A DNA stretch of 64,000 nt, taken from the NCBI RefSeq assembly GCF_058153355.1, contig NZ_CM177019.1. The stretch is one strand, 5' to 3'. The notes beneath the pieces are model-generated. The model worked only from the letters and a program-made list of their open reading frames with translations. It ran no database searches and had not been told where the DNA came from. Below are positions 42,082 through 53,109 of this stretch, one piece after another. Positions within the stretch are counted from its first letter, which is position 1. Every line of letters starts with the position of its first letter. Both the position numbers and the translations under genes were made by a program.

Positions 42082-43004
42082 ACTTTCTCTACCTCCGGGC
42101 GACCCAGAATACCGGTCGGCATCACCAGCAGTACCAGAATCAGCAGGGCAAATGAAACCACATCCTTATATTCCGTACTCAGATAGGCAGAAGAGAGCGC
42201 TTCCGCAATCCCCAGGATCAGGCCACCAATCATTGCCCCCGGAATACTGCCAATCCCACCGAGCACCGCAGCGGTAAAGGCTTTCATCCCGGCCATAAAG
42301 CCGATGTAGGGGTTAATTACGCCATAGAACTGACCGAGCAGCACACCGGCCACCGCCGCCATCGCCGCGCCAATCACAAAGGTCAGCGCAATCACCCGGT
42401 CAGTGTTGATGCCAAGCAGGCTCGCCATTTTCAGATCTTCCGCGCAAGCACGACAGGCGCGCCCCATGCGGGAATAGCGGATGAAAATTGTCAGCGCCAA
42501 CATGGCGAGGAAGGTAACAATCCAGATCACCGCCTGCATGGTGGTAATAGAGGCAGAGAAGTTTTCACTATGGCCCACAACCCACTGACCGTTAAACAGG
42601 CTGGGTAGCGCCACGTCGCGCGAACCTTCGGTCAGGCTGACGTAGTTTTGCAGGAAGATGGACATGCCGATTGCCGAGATGAGCGCAATCAGGCGCTTAG
42701 AGTTACGCACCGGGCGGTAAGCCACACGTTCGATACTCCAGCCATAGGCGCTGGCAATGACGATTGCGCCGACGAATCCCGCCGCCACCAGCAGCCAGCC
42801 GGTATCAATGCCCAGCATCATCAGTGCGGCGATGATCATAAAAGAGACGTAGCTGCCGATCATATAAACCTCGCCGTGGGCGAAGTTGATCATGCCGATA
42901 ATGCCGTAAACCATGGTGTAGCCGATGGCTATCAGCGCGTAGGTACTGCCCAGCGTGACGCCGTTAAACATCTGCTGCAAGAAATACAAAAACTGCTCAG
43001 ACAT
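42078..43004 (-). CDS. livH: Branched-chain amino acid ABC transporter permease
   Basis: 308-aa membrane ORF. Confidence 0.95.
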   Translation of the reverse strand: MSEQFLYFLQQMFNGVTLGSTYALIAIGYTMVYGIIGMINFAHGEVYMIGSYVSFMIIAALMMLGIDTGWLLVAAGFVGAIVIASAYGWSIERVAYRPVRNSKRLIALISAIGMSIFLQNYVSLTEGSRDVALPSLFNGQWVVGHSENFSASITTMQAVIWIVTFLAMLALTIFIRYSRMGRACRACAEDLKMASLLGINTDRVIALTFVIGAAMAAVAGVLLGQFYGVINPYIGFMAGMKAFTAAVLGGIGSIPGAMIGGLILGIAEALSSAYLSTEYKDVVSFALLILVLLVMPTGILGRPEVEKV

Positions 43005-43051
43005 AAGGTAACCTTTCTAAAACCGCCCGCATTTCACGGGCGGTGGGATGA

Positions 43052-44161
43052 TCACTTGGCTGCCGTCGATGAACCGTCGGCATGCCACTGGAAGACACCA
43101 AAATCAAATCCCTTAAGATCGCCTTTTTCATCCCAGTTCAGCGGCCCAATCACGGTGTTTGCACCGTTAGCTTTTAAATCTTTCACCAGCGCCAGCGGCT
43201 CATCGCTGCCGGTACGCTCAAGGGCAGTCGCCAGAGATTGCACCGCCGCGTAGGTGATCCAGACATATGGCCCGGACGGATCTTTCTTGTCTGCTTTCAG
43301 CGCATCAACGATGCCTTTGTTTGCCGGGTCCTGGTCATAGCGTTTTGGCATAGTGACCAACATACCTTCGGCGGCATCACCAGCAATGTTCGACAGCGAC
43401 GCATTACCCACCCCTTCCGGCCCCATAAACTGAGTTTTCAGGCCAACGGAACGGGCCTGGCGCAGCATCTGCCCCATTTCCGGGTAGTAACCGCCGTAGT
43501 AAACGAAGTCGATGTTTTCTTTTTTCAGGCGGGCGATCAGCGCGGAGAAATCTTTCTCACCAGCGGTAATGCCGTCGAAGAAGACGACGTTGGCATTGGC
43601 TGCTTTCAATCCGTCCTGCACCGAACGCGCCAGCCCTTCGCCATACTGTTGTTTGTCGTGAATGATGGCGATGCGCTGGGGCTTCACCGTCTCAAGAATG
43701 TATTTTGCCGCTGTTGGCCCCTGGGAAGAGTCCAGCCCGGCAGTACGCATGATGTGTTGATAACCGCGTTGAGTCAGCTCCGGGTTGGTCGCCCCCGGCG
43801 AGATCATCAAAATACCTTCATCTTCGTAGATATCTGATGCAGGTTGGGTAGAAGAAGAACACAGATGACCAATAACGTATTTAATGCCGTCGTTAACGAT
43901 TTTGTTGGCGACCGCAACGGCTTGTTTCGGGTCGCAGGCGTCGTCATATTCCACGCCCACCAGCTTATCGCCCTTAATTCCCCCCCTGGCATTAATGTCT
44001 TTAATCGCCTGACGCGCGCCGTTAAATTCCATATCGCCCCACTGGGCAATCGGACCGGACATCGCGCCGACAACGGCAACTTTAATATCGTCGGCCATAG
44101 CGGTGTGTGAAATTGTCAGTGCAATCATCCCTGCGATGATAGTTTTCGCATTCCGTTTCAT
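43052..44161 (-). CDS. livK: Leucine-specific periplasmic binding protein
   Basis: 369-aa product from [23 protein letters not shown] (signal peptide); the ORF-track frame extends 18 codons upstream. Confidence 0.94.
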   Translation of the reverse strand: MKRNAKTIIAGMIALTISHTAMADDIKVAVVGAMSGPIAQWGDMEFNGARQAIKDINARGGIKGDKLVGVEYDDACDPKQAVAVANKIVNDGIKYVIGHLCSSSTQPASDIYEDEGILMISPGATNPELTQRGYQHIMRTAGLDSSQGPTAAKYILETVKPQRIAIIHDKQQYGEGLARSVQDGLKAANANVVFFDGITAGEKDFSALIARLKKENIDFVYYGGYYPEMGQMLRQARSVGLKTQFMGPEGVGNASLSNIAGDAAEGMLVTMPKRYDQDPANKGIVDALKADKKDPSGPYVWITYAAVQSLATALERTGSDEPLALVKDLKANGANTVIGPLNWDEKGDLKGFDFGVFQWHADGSSTAAK

Positions 44162-44584
44162 AGTCAAAAATCCCCATTCGTGATGTTGTGTTGCTTTGTT
44201 TTTATGTGTTAACAAATCAGACTGTACTTTTTTTATACTGCACTGTTTTTGCCTGTCTGATTAAGGGTTTAGCGCAGTATTTTGTGATAATAGCGATTAA
44301 AATCCCTATTTTTCAGTCGATTAAGAACAGATAATATTCTGAATTTATTGATAGATAAACAGAAAAAAGCGCCGTTGTCAGCATAAAATAACGGTACAAA
44401 GGGCGGAATAATTCACTACCATTCAGGGGATTATGCTGGACATTTTTCATTCTCTAATGTTTTTAATTTGTAATTATTGCTGTTAAAAAATTAATCACCT
44501 GCCAAAAGAAATAAAAAAGAGAAAGCCTCCGATTAAATTATTTCGCTACACTGGTTCCACTTTTGTGATTTACACGGGTTCCCC

Positions 44585-44968
44585 ATGAAGCTGACCATCA
44601 TTCGATTAGAACACTTTAGCGACCAGGACCGGATTGATCTGCAAAAGATCTGGCCGGAGTACTCCCCTTCCTCTTTACAGGTTGACGATAACCACCGCAT
44701 CTACGCCGCGCGTTTTAACGAGCGCCTGCTCGCGGCCGTGCGGGTAACCTTAAACGGCACCGAGGGGGCACTGGATTCCCTGCGCGTGCGGGAAGTCACC
44801 CGCCGTCGCGGTGTGGGGCAATATCTGCTGGAAGAGGTTTTGCGTAACAATCCTGGCGTTTCAGGCTGGTGGATGGCAGATGCAGGCGTGGAAGATCGCG
44901 GCGTGATGACGGCGTTTATGCAGGCGCTGGGGTTTACGGCACAACAGGGCGGCTGGGAGAAGCGTTAA
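44585..44968 (+). CDS. panM: PanD maturation factor (GNAT-like)
   Basis: 127-aa ORF MKLTIIRLEHFSDQDRIDLQKIWPEY. Confidence 0.88.
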   Translation: MKLTIIRLEHFSDQDRIDLQKIWPEYSPSSLQVDDNHRIYAARFNERLLAAVRVTLNGTEGALDSLRVREVTRRRGVGQYLLEEVLRNNPGVSGWWMADAGVEDRGVMTAFMQALGFTAQQGGWEKR

Positions 44969-45009
44969 TCGTCAAGTTTGATTTCAAAAGTGATGACCAA
45001 CGAGAAATG

Positions 45010-45108
<99 letters not shown>

Positions 45109-45168
45109 ATGAAGCATGCGTACTCGATATTAGCAATTTGGCGGCAACCCAAAGTTGCCGATTAATGA

Positions 45169-46272
45169 TTACTTCGCATCGGTCGCCGTGCCGTTGGCGT
45201 GCCAGTCAAATACGCCGAACTCAAAGCCTTTCAGATCGCCTTTCTCATCCCAGGTCAGCGGCCCCATCACGGTATCCACGGAGTTCGCTTTCAGGTATTT
45301 GGCGATTTCAGCCGGATCGTCAGACTGATTCAGGCCCGCCTGCAAAGATTGCAGCGCGGCGTAGGTGGTCCAGACGAACGCGCCGCTTGGGTCCTGTTTT
45401 TTCGCTTTGATCGCGTCAACAATTGGTTTGTTCGCCGGAACCTGATCGTAGTTCTTCGGCTTGGTTACCAGCAACCCTTCAGCTGACTCGCCCGCAATGT
45501 TAGACAGCGAGACGTTAGCCACGCCTTCCGGCCCCATAAACTGGGTTTTCAACCCTGCCGCGCGTGCCTGACGCAGGATCTGCCCCATTTCCGGGTGGTA
45601 ACCGCCGTAGTAAACGAAGTCGATATTCTCTTTCTTCAAACGCGCCACCAGCGTTGAGAAATCTTTTTCCCCGGCGGTGATGCCATCAAAGAACACTACG
45701 TTAGCATTGCCTTTCTTCAGGCCGTCCTGCACCGCTCGCGCCAGGCCTTCGCCGTACTGCTGTTTGTCGTGAACGATAGCAATACGCTGCGGTTTCACTT
45801 TCTCAAGAATATATTTCGCCGCCGTCGGCCCCTGGTCGGAGTCCAGGCCGGTGGTGCGCAGGATCAGCTGATAGCCACGGGCGGTCAGCTCTGGCGCGGT
45901 TGCCGCTGGGGTGATCATTAAAATGCCTTCGTCTTCGTAGATGTCAGACGCTGGCTGCGTTGATGAAGAACAGAGGTGGCCAATGACATATTTAATGCCG
46001 TCATTAACGACTTTGTTCGCCACCGCAACCGCCTGTTTCGGGTCACAGGCATCGTCATATTTTACGATTTGCAGTTTGTTGCCTTTCACGCCGCCTTTAG
46101 CGTTAATATCCGCAACTGCCTGCTCTGCGCCAGTAAACTCCTGGTCGCCATACTGGGCCACCGGACCGGACATTGCGCCCACAACCGCGACTTTAATATC
46201 TTCTGCCAGAGCCATATTGCTGAATGCCAGCGCGATACATCCTGCCAGTAACGCTTTACCCTTTATATTCAT
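45169..46272 (-). CDS. livJ: Leu/Ile/Val periplasmic binding protein
   Basis: 367-aa product from [23 protein letters not shown]; paralogue of livK. Confidence 0.94.
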   Translation of the reverse strand: MNIKGKALLAGCIALAFSNMALAEDIKVAVVGAMSGPVAQYGDQEFTGAEQAVADINAKGGVKGNKLQIVKYDDACDPKQAVAVANKVVNDGIKYVIGHLCSSSTQPASDIYEDEGILMITPAATAPELTARGYQLILRTTGLDSDQGPTAAKYILEKVKPQRIAIVHDKQQYGEGLARAVQDGLKKGNANVVFFDGITAGEKDFSTLVARLKKENIDFVYYGGYHPEMGQILRQARAAGLKTQFMGPEGVANVSLSNIAGESAEGLLVTKPKNYDQVPANKPIVDAIKAKKQDPSGAFVWTTYAALQSLQAGLNQSDDPAEIAKYLKANSVDTVMGPLTWDEKGDLKGFEFGVFDWHANGTATDAK

Positions 46273-46543
46273 CCTGAGAATCCCCATTCATCTGGTTATT
46301 ACGTGTGTTGTGATGTTGTTGTTCAGCACTTTATTTCGTTTTATGCATGACTACCCGTGCTTTAGCAGCATACTCTGCTAAAACATACCCGATTTTTATG
46401 ATATTGGAATAGCTATTTTGACAGTTTATTAACAATCTGCGTGGGGATTGGCGTTTTGTCGGAGGGGGTAATTGATTATTGCAGAGGTCCAAAAAACAAA
46501 AACCCCGGACTCTCATCCAGGGTTCTCTGATTAATAGTGGAAA

Positions 46544-47398
46544 TTACGCTTCAATAGCAGCGCGAAGTTTTTTCATCGCGTTCTTTTCCAGCTGGCGCAC
46601 ACGCTCAGCGGAAACACCGTAACGGTCAGCCAGTTCCTGCAACGTGGACTTGTTGTCTTCGTCCAGCCAGCGCGCGCGGATGATATCCTGGCTACGCTCG
46701 TCCAGACCTTGCATCGCGTCGGTCAGACGGTTTGCCGCCTGTTCTTCCCAGTTATCATCTTCAATGCCGTCGGCAAAGTTGGACGATTTATCCTGCAGAT
46801 AAAGCACCGGAGCCATCGGCTGGCTGTCGGAATCGTCATCGGAAGACAGGTCAAAGGTCATGTCCTGTGCCGCCATACGCGATTCCATCTCACGTACGTC
46901 TTTGCTGGTTACGCCCAGTTCACGGGCCACCATTTCGACTTCATCCTGATTAAACCAGCCCAGACGCTGCTTGGTTTTACGCAGGTTGAAGAACAGTTTG
47001 CGCTGCGCTTTGGTGGTCGCAACTTTGACGATACGCCAGTTGCGCAGAACGTATTCGTGGATCTCTGCTTTGATCCAGTGAACGGCGAAGGAGACCAGGC
47101 GCACCCCCACTTCCGGGTTAAAACGGCGCACTGCTTTCATCAGGCCGATGTTACCTTCCTGAATCAAATCCGCCTGTGGCAGGCCATAGCCCGCATAATT
47201 ACGAGCAATATGAACAACAAACCGCAGGTGAGACAGGATCAGCGTTTTTGCTGCTTCCAGATCGCCATGGTAATGCAGCTTTTCAGCCAGCGCCCGCTCC
47301 TCGTCAGCCGACAACATCGGCCACGCGTTAGCTGCCCGGATGTAGGAATCCAGGTTGCCAACTGGGGCTAAAGCTAAACTTTGCATTTTGTCAGTCAT
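46544..47398 (-). CDS. rpoH: RNA polymerase sigma-32 (heat-shock sigma factor)
   Basis: 284-aa [49 protein letters not shown]. Confidence 0.97.
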   Translation of the reverse strand: MTDKMQSLALAPVGNLDSYIRAANAWPMLSADEERALAEKLHYHGDLEAAKTLILSHLRFVVHIARNYAGYGLPQADLIQEGNIGLMKAVRRFNPEVGVRLVSFAVHWIKAEIHEYVLRNWRIVKVATTKAQRKLFFNLRKTKQRLGWFNQDEVEMVARELGVTSKDVREMESRMAAQDMTFDLSSDDDSDSQPMAPVLYLQDKSSNFADGIEDDNWEEQAANRLTDAMQGLDERSQDIIRARWLDEDNKSTLQELADRYGVSAERVRQLEKNAMKKLRAAIEA

Positions 47399-47642
47399 TC
47401 AAATCCTCTCAATCGATATCTTCTGGCGCTTCAGTGGTAGCAACAACTGTGCCAGAGCTTAAGAGCAACGAGGTTATCATTCACTGTTTTATCAGACCGT
47501 GATTTTATCCACAAGTTCAATGCAACGCTGTGAATAAATTACGCACAAAATGTGACATAGAGATGAAATACCGGGAAGAGACAACGGGGTCTCTTTCCCT
47601 GCTACGGAACCCATTGCAGGGAAAGAGTATAACACGCTTTTA

Positions 47643-48701
47643 TTATTCAGGCGTAAAGTGGCGTAAATGTTGTACCGTGGCAAGCCAGGCTGCCACCCAG
47701 CCAATCATCGAACACACCAGCAGCAAAAGCAGACATTCATCGAAAGATAAGCCATTGATATCAAACCTCGTTCCGAAAACCTGTGCCACTTCCGCAACCG
47801 CCGAAGACAAACGCAGGACCAGAATTTCCGACAAAATTAATGACAGCAATGCGCCAGAAAATCCCAGCAATGCGCCACCGTACAGGAATGGGCGCAGGAT
47901 GAAACCATCTGTCGCACCAATCAGTTTCTGTACGTTAATGGAGTCACGGCGAGCAAAGATGCTCAGACGCACACTGTTACCGATGACGAGGAACACTGCC
48001 GCCACCATCAATACGCCGATCATTGCCGAAACGCGCCCGACCAGCCCGGTCAACGCCGCCAGACGGGCAAACCAGCTGTCATCCATTCGCACTTCGTCAA
48101 TGCCGTTGATCTGGGTGATACGATCGCGCAAGGTATTCAGTGACTCGGTCCCCTGAAAATCGAGTTTCGGGATTACCACCGCCACTGCCGGAAGCGGGTT
48201 TTCCTCCAGCATATCCAGCGCACCACCAAAACCAGACCAGTTACGGAACTCGCCCAGTGCGTCTTCACGAGAAAGATAGTTTACTTTCTCTACGCCTTGC
48301 TCGGCCTGCAACTGTGCCACCACACCCGCAGCGGCGTCATCATCCAGCGTTTTTTGCAGATAAACAGTGATTTGCGGTGACGGATAATACTGCGTCGCCG
48401 CCTGGTTAACGTTTTTGTACACCATATAACAGACGCTGGGCAGCGTCAGGGAGATGGCGATAACCATCACCGTTAAAAACGTGGCGAACGGTTTACTTTT
48501 CAGATCCTGCAATGCGCCGTGGAAGGCATAGCGCACCTGTTCGTTGAAAACGTTGGTTTTGCGATTTACCGGTTTTGGCGAGGATTTCGCCCGTTTTGGC
48601 GCGTTACGACCGCCGTCGCCAGAGCCGCCGACCGATTTACGGAAGCGATCCAGACGCCCGCCAAACTGCCGGATATGATTGATTGCATCGCGCTTATTCA
48701 T
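47643..48701 (-). CDS. ftsX: Cell division ABC transporter permease-like protein
   Basis: 352-aa product from [20 protein letters not shown]; the ORF-track frame extends 9 codons upstream. Confidence 0.95.
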   Translation of the reverse strand: MNKRDAINHIRQFGGRLDRFRKSVGGSGDGGRNAPKRAKSSPKPVNRKTNVFNEQVRYAFHGALQDLKSKPFATFLTVMVIAISLTLPSVCYMVYKNVNQAATQYYPSPQITVYLQKTLDDDAAAGVVAQLQAEQGVEKVNYLSREDALGEFRNWSGFGGALDMLEENPLPAVAVVIPKLDFQGTESLNTLRDRITQINGIDEVRMDDSWFARLAALTGLVGRVSAMIGVLMVAAVFLVIGNSVRLSIFARRDSINVQKLIGATDGFILRPFLYGGALLGFSGALLSLILSEILVLRLSSAVAEVAQVFGTRFDINGLSFDECLLLLLVCSMIGWVAAWLATVQHLRHFTPE

Positions 48702-49362
48702 GGCCCACGCCTCCATGCAAGTGACCATCGCTCAGGGTGAGCATGCGATAGGAACGCCGCGAAATCAGGTTGATGTCGTGCGTTGCCATCAATACGGTTA
48801 CCCCAACGCGGTTAAATTCTTCAAACAGACGTAGAATTCCTTCTGACAACGCGTCGTCAAGGTTACCGGTCGGTTCATCCGCCAGCAGTACCGCGGGTTT
48901 GTTCACCACCGCGCGGGCAATGCCAACACGCTGTTGTTCACCGCCGGAAAGCTGAATAGGGAAGTTCTTCGCTTTGTCCAGTAGCCCGACTTTATCCAGC
49001 GCCGCCGATACACGACGACGAATATCGTCACCGCTGGCACCGGCGATAATCAGCGGGATCGCGACGTTATCGTAGACAGTACGGTCCATCAGTAGATGGT
49101 GATCCTGGAAAATCATGCCAATCTGGCGGCGCAGAAACGGAACTTCACGGTTTTTCAGACGCGTGATGTCATGGCCGCTAAACCAGATTTTCCCGGCGCT
49201 GGGCCGCTCAATCCCACAGATCAGCTTCAGGAGGGTACTTTTCCCTGCGCCGGAATGACCGGTCAGAAACGCCATCTCACCCGGCTGCATATGGAACGTA
49301 ACGCCCTGCAGCGCCTGTCTCCCACCGAGATAAGCCTTGCTGACATGTTCAAAGCGAATCAT
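48694..49362 (-). CDS. ftsE: Cell division ATP-binding protein
   Basis: 222-aa ORF with Walker [10 protein letters not shown]. Confidence 0.96.
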   Translation of the reverse strand: MIRFEHVSKAYLGGRQALQGVTFHMQPGEMAFLTGHSGAGKSTLLKLICGIERPSAGKIWFSGHDITRLKNREVPFLRRQIGMIFQDHHLLMDRTVYDNVAIPLIIAGASGDDIRRRVSAALDKVGLLDKAKNFPIQLSGGEQQRVGIARAVVNKPAVLLADEPTGNLDDALSEGILRLFEEFNRVGVTVLMATHDINLISRRSYRMLTLSDGHLHGGVGHE

Positions 49363-49364
49363 TG

Positions 49365-50903
49365 TTAATCCTCTCGGGCAAAAAGTGCCTCTATAAAGTC
49401 GTCCGCTTTAAACGGACGCAAATCCTCAATACGTTCGCCGACACCAATGTAGCGGATAGGGATACCAAACTGGTCAGCCACCGAGAAAATTACCCCGCCT
49501 TTCGCCGTGCCGTCCAGTTTCGTTAGCGTGATGCCGGTTAAGCCAACGGCTTCGTGGAACAGTTTGGCCTGGCTTACTGCATTCTGCCCGGTACTGGCGT
49601 CGATAGTCAGCATAACTTCATGCGGAGCTTCAACGTCGAGTTTCTTCATCACGCGGACGATTTTCTTCAACTCTTCCATCAAGTGCGATTTGTTCTGCAG
49701 GCGTCCGGCGGTATCGGCAATCAGAACGTCGATGTTACGCGCTTTAGCGGCCTGAATGGCGTCGAAGATAACAGAAGCAGAATCCGCACCGGTATGCTGG
49801 GCAATCACCGGAATATTATTACGCTGCCCCCAGACCTGAAGCTGTTCAACCGCTGCTGCACGGAAAGTATCGCCCGCCGCCAGCATCACTGATTTACCCT
49901 GCTGCTCAAACTGACGCGCCAGCTTACCGATCGTCGTGGTTTTACCCACACCGTTGACGCCCACCATCAGGATCACGAACGGCGTTTTACCTTCAACGTT
50001 CAGCGGTTCATCGACTTTCGCCAGAATCTCACCCATCTCTTCTTTCAGTAGGCCATAGAGCGCCTCGGCATCACGAAGCTGCTTGCGGGTCGCACCTTCT
50101 GTCAGATTGGTGATAATTTTACGCGTGGTTTCCACGCCCACATCGGCGATGAGCAATTGCTCTTCCAATTCTTCAAACAGATCATCGTCGATTTTTTTAC
50201 CGCGGAACAGGCTGATAAATCCGGAACCGAGGTTTTCTTTGGTTTTTAACAGACTGCGTTTCAGGCGCGCGAAGAAACCTTCTTTGGTCGGTTTTTCCTG
50301 CTCCTGAGCGATTTCTTCCACCGGCTGCTCTTCTTCTGCCGGAGGAACCACCATCACCGCCTCTTCTGCCGCTTCGGCAGCCAGCGCCTGTGCTTCCAGC
50401 TCTTCGTCGGTGATTTCGTCTTTAGCCGCTTCTTCTTCCGCCGCTTCGACAATCTCTACGGTTTCCGCTTCGGCCTGCCACTCTTCTGGCGAAACCTCTT
50501 CGGCTTTGACGTCTTCCGGCAACGGCAGCTCTTCACGCTCGATAGCCACAGGCTCTGGCGTAACTTCAGGTTCAATGACTGACGCTGGCGTTTCTTCAAC
50601 TATCGTTTCCGGCTCAGTAATAACTTCCGGTTCAGCAACAGCTTCAGGCTGCGCTTTTTCACTTTCAGCAACCTGTTCAGTAACTTCCACAACGTCGGCA
50701 GCAAAAGTTTCCGCCTCGGCTTCAGTATGCGCCTGCGGCTGCTCTTCAACGGCTTGTTCAGAAGCCTTCGCAGGCTCTTGCGCCGGAACGATTTCTTCTA
50801 CAACCGGTTGTTCGTTCTGGACTTCTGTCTCTTTTTCCGGGGTCTGCTCTTTTTGACCAAAGCCCAGCCAGGAAAAAAAGCCACGTTTTTTTTCTTTCGC
50901 CAT
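49365..50903 (-). CDS. ftsY: Signal recognition particle receptor (512 aa here)
   Basis: Acidic Glu/Pro/Val-rich N-terminal domain plus C-terminal SRP GTPase (GVNGVGKTTTIGKLA). Confidence 0.95.
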   Translation of the reverse strand: MAKEKKRGFFSWLGFGQKEQTPEKETEVQNEQPVVEEIVPAQEPAKASEQAVEEQPQAHTEAEAETFAADVVEVTEQVAESEKAQPEAVAEPEVITEPETIVEETPASVIEPEVTPEPVAIEREELPLPEDVKAEEVSPEEWQAEAETVEIVEAAEEEAAKDEITDEELEAQALAAEAAEEAVMVVPPAEEEQPVEEIAQEQEKPTKEGFFARLKRSLLKTKENLGSGFISLFRGKKIDDDLFEELEEQLLIADVGVETTRKIITNLTEGATRKQLRDAEALYGLLKEEMGEILAKVDEPLNVEGKTPFVILMVGVNGVGKTTTIGKLARQFEQQGKSVMLAAGDTFRAAAVEQLQVWGQRNNIPVIAQHTGADSASVIFDAIQAAKARNIDVLIADTAGRLQNKSHLMEELKKIVRVMKKLDVEAPHEVMLTIDASTGQNAVSQAKLFHEAVGLTGITLTKLDGTAKGGVIFSVADQFGIPIRYIGVGERIEDLRPFKADDFIEALFARED

Positions 50904-51052
50904 TTGCGACTACACTCCTCGCTGTTGCTTCATGGCACAGCGTTAACGCTATGTACATAGCAGCTAAAAAAATGATGAAATAGTCTATCACTTAACTTAA
51001 TTCACATCACCGCCTGCAAGTATGTGTTATCTGGCGGATTGAGCAATTTATC

Positions 51053-51649
51053 ATGAAAAAACCGAATCATTCCGGCAGCGGCCAAATCCGCATTATTGGC
51101 GGGCAGTGGCGAGGCCGTAAACTCCCGGTTCCTGATAGCCCAGGCCTGCGCCCCACCACCGACCGCGTACGCGAAACGTTGTTTAACTGGCTGGCTCCGG
51201 TCATTGTTGATGCCCAATGTCTGGATTGCTTCGCCGGGAGCGGCGCGCTGGGGCTGGAAGCGTTATCGCGCTACGCTGCGGGGGCCACGTTGATTGAGAT
51301 GGATCGCGCGGTTTCTCAGCAGTTAATTAAGAATCTGGCGACACTAAAAGCAGGCAATGCACGCGTGGTGAACAGCAACGCGATGTCATTCCTGGCGCAA
51401 AAAGGCACACCGCATAATATCGTGTTTGTCGATCCACCGTTCCGCCGTGGCTTGTTAGAAGAGACGATAAATTTACTGGAAGATAACGGCTGGCTGGCTG
51501 ACGAAGCCCTGATTTATGTCGAAAGCGAAGTCGAAAACGGTCTGCCCACTGTTCCGGCGAACTGGTCATTACATCGGGAAAAAGTGGCGGGTCAGGTGGC
51601 TTACCGCCTGTATCAACGCGAAGCACAAGGAGAAAGTGATGTTGATTAA
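51053..51649 (+). CDS. rsmD: 16S rRNA (guanine966-N2)-methyltransferase
   Basis: 198-aa ORF with methyltransferase motif DCFAGSGALGLEALSR. Confidence 0.93.
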   Translation: MKKPNHSGSGQIRIIGGQWRGRKLPVPDSPGLRPTTDRVRETLFNWLAPVIVDAQCLDCFAGSGALGLEALSRYAAGATLIEMDRAVSQQLIKNLATLKAGNARVVNSNAMSFLAQKGTPHNIVFVDPPFRRGLLEETINLLEDNGWLADEALIYVESEVENGLPTVPANWSLHREKVAGQVAYRLYQREAQGESDVD

Positions 51650-51908
51650 TATTGGTCGTGTGTTAATGCTCTGCGTTTGGGGATTTTTAATCCTCAACCT
51701 GGTGCATCCCTTCCCGCGTCCGCTGAATATTTTCGTTAACGTGGCGCTGATTTTTACCGTGCTGATGCATGGTATGCAGCTGGCGCTATTGAAATCCACT
51801 TTGCCGAAAGATGGCCCGCAGATGACCACCGCCGAAAAGGTGCGGATTTTCCTTTTCGGCGTGTTTGAACTGCTGGTCTGGCAGAAGAAATTTAACGTTA
51901 AAAAATAA
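51639..51908 (+). CDS. yhhL: DUF1145 small membrane protein
   Basis: 89-aa product from MLINIGRVLMLCVWGFLILNL; overlaps the rsmD 3' end by 11 nt; the ORF-track start is 41 codons upstream. Confidence 0.8.
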   Translation: MLINIGRVLMLCVWGFLILNLVHPFPRPLNIFVNVALIFTVLMHGMQLALLKSTLPKDGPQMTTAEKVRIFLFGVFELLVWQKKFNVKK

Positions 51909-51910
51909 CC

Positions 51911-52270
51911 TTATTGTTTGCTGACAAAGCTGACAAAGCGCGTTCCTTTATAGCTCAGCGTACCTTTATCGCCCACTGTCAGGGCATGGTACTGCTGGGC
52001 GTCGAGGCGAAACGTCTGTTCCATTCCTCCGCTTTGCGGTTTGAAGCTCGCCTCATAGCGCATGCTGGTACCAGCCGGTGTCACTTCCTGCTGGCGCGAA
52101 CGGCGATCGTTAATCGGTTTTTCCCGCTTATTGCTCACCACCACCAACTTTTGCTGGAGTGGCGCTATATCATTATCAGCTTTTTCCCGTCGCTGTTGCA
52201 TAAAACGAAACGATGCGGCGACGATAATTAAGCCAATGATAACAATAAAGAAAAGAGGTGGTTTGCTCAT
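51911..52270 (-). CDS. yhhM: DUF2500 membrane-anchored protein
   Basis: 119-aa ORF with N-terminal TM segment. Confidence 0.85.
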   Translation of the reverse strand: MSKPPLFFIVIIGLIIVAASFRFMQQRREKADNDIAPLQQKLVVVSNKREKPINDRRSRQQEVTPAGTSMRYEASFKPQSGGMEQTFRLDAQQYHALTVGDKGTLSYKGTRFVSFVSKQ

Positions 52271-52410
52271 CTTTATCCCTCATCGGAAAATGCGGAAATA
52301 AGCATACCCTGCCAGTTATGGTGTTGTCATCCGTCCACCCTCGCCACTAAACTGGAAACAAGACCGTAGGCATTCCGCTTACGAAAAAATAACGAATTCA
52401 AGGAACTAAG

Positions 52411-53037
52411 ATGCTTTGGTCGTTTATCGCAGTCTGTCTTTCCGCATGGCTATCTGTGGATGCATCGTATCGTGGGCCAACCTGGCAACGCTGGGTGTTT
52501 AAACCGTTAACCCTTCTTCTCCTGCTGTTACTGGCATGGCAAGCGCCGATGTTCGACGCCATTAGTTATCTGGTGCTGGCAGGGCTGTGCGCTTCACTGC
52601 TGGGCGATGCGCTAACCCTGTTGCCACGTCAACGTCTGATGTACGCCATCGGCGCGTTTTTCCTCTCGCACCTGCTGTACACTATCTATTTCGCCAGTCA
52701 GATGACGCTCTCTTTCTTCTGGCCTCTGCCACTGGTGTTGCTGGTTCTGGGCGCGCTGTTACTGGCGATTATCTGGACGCGTCTGGAAGAGTATCGTTGG
52801 CCTATCTGCACGTTTATCGGCATGACGCTGGTGATGGTATGGCTGGCAGGTGAACTGTGGTTCTTCCGTCCGACCGCTCCGGCACTCTCTGCGTTTGTCG
52901 GCGCTTCGTTGCTGTTTATCAGTAACTTTGTCTGGCTGGGTAGTCACTATCGCCGACGCTTCCGTGCGGACAACGCGATTGCCGCCGCTTGTTATTTTGC
53001 CGGTCACTTCCTCATCGTCCGCTCGCTGTATCTCTGA
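52411..53037 (+). CDS. yhhN: YhhN-family inner membrane protein
   Basis: 208-aa polytopic ORF. Confidence 0.88.
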
Positions 53038-53043
53038 TAAAAC

Positions 53044-53075
53044 TTGACTCTGGAGTCGACTCCAGAGTGTATCCT
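53044..53075 (+). promoter_or_regulatory. zntA promoter with ZntR (MerR-type) operator
   Basis: -35 TTGACT (53044-53049); 22-bp palindrome actctggagtcgactccagagt in a long spacer; -10-like TATCCT (53070-53075). Confidence 0.8.
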
Positions 53076-53109
53076 TCGGTTAATGAGAAAAACTTAACCG
53101 GAGGATGCC

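Noticed and set aside
50410-50856. 148-aa Ser/Ala/Thr-rich ORF on the plus strand
   Set aside because: It is an alternative-frame reading of the ftsY acidic repeat region on the opposite strand; low complexity is inherited from ftsY.
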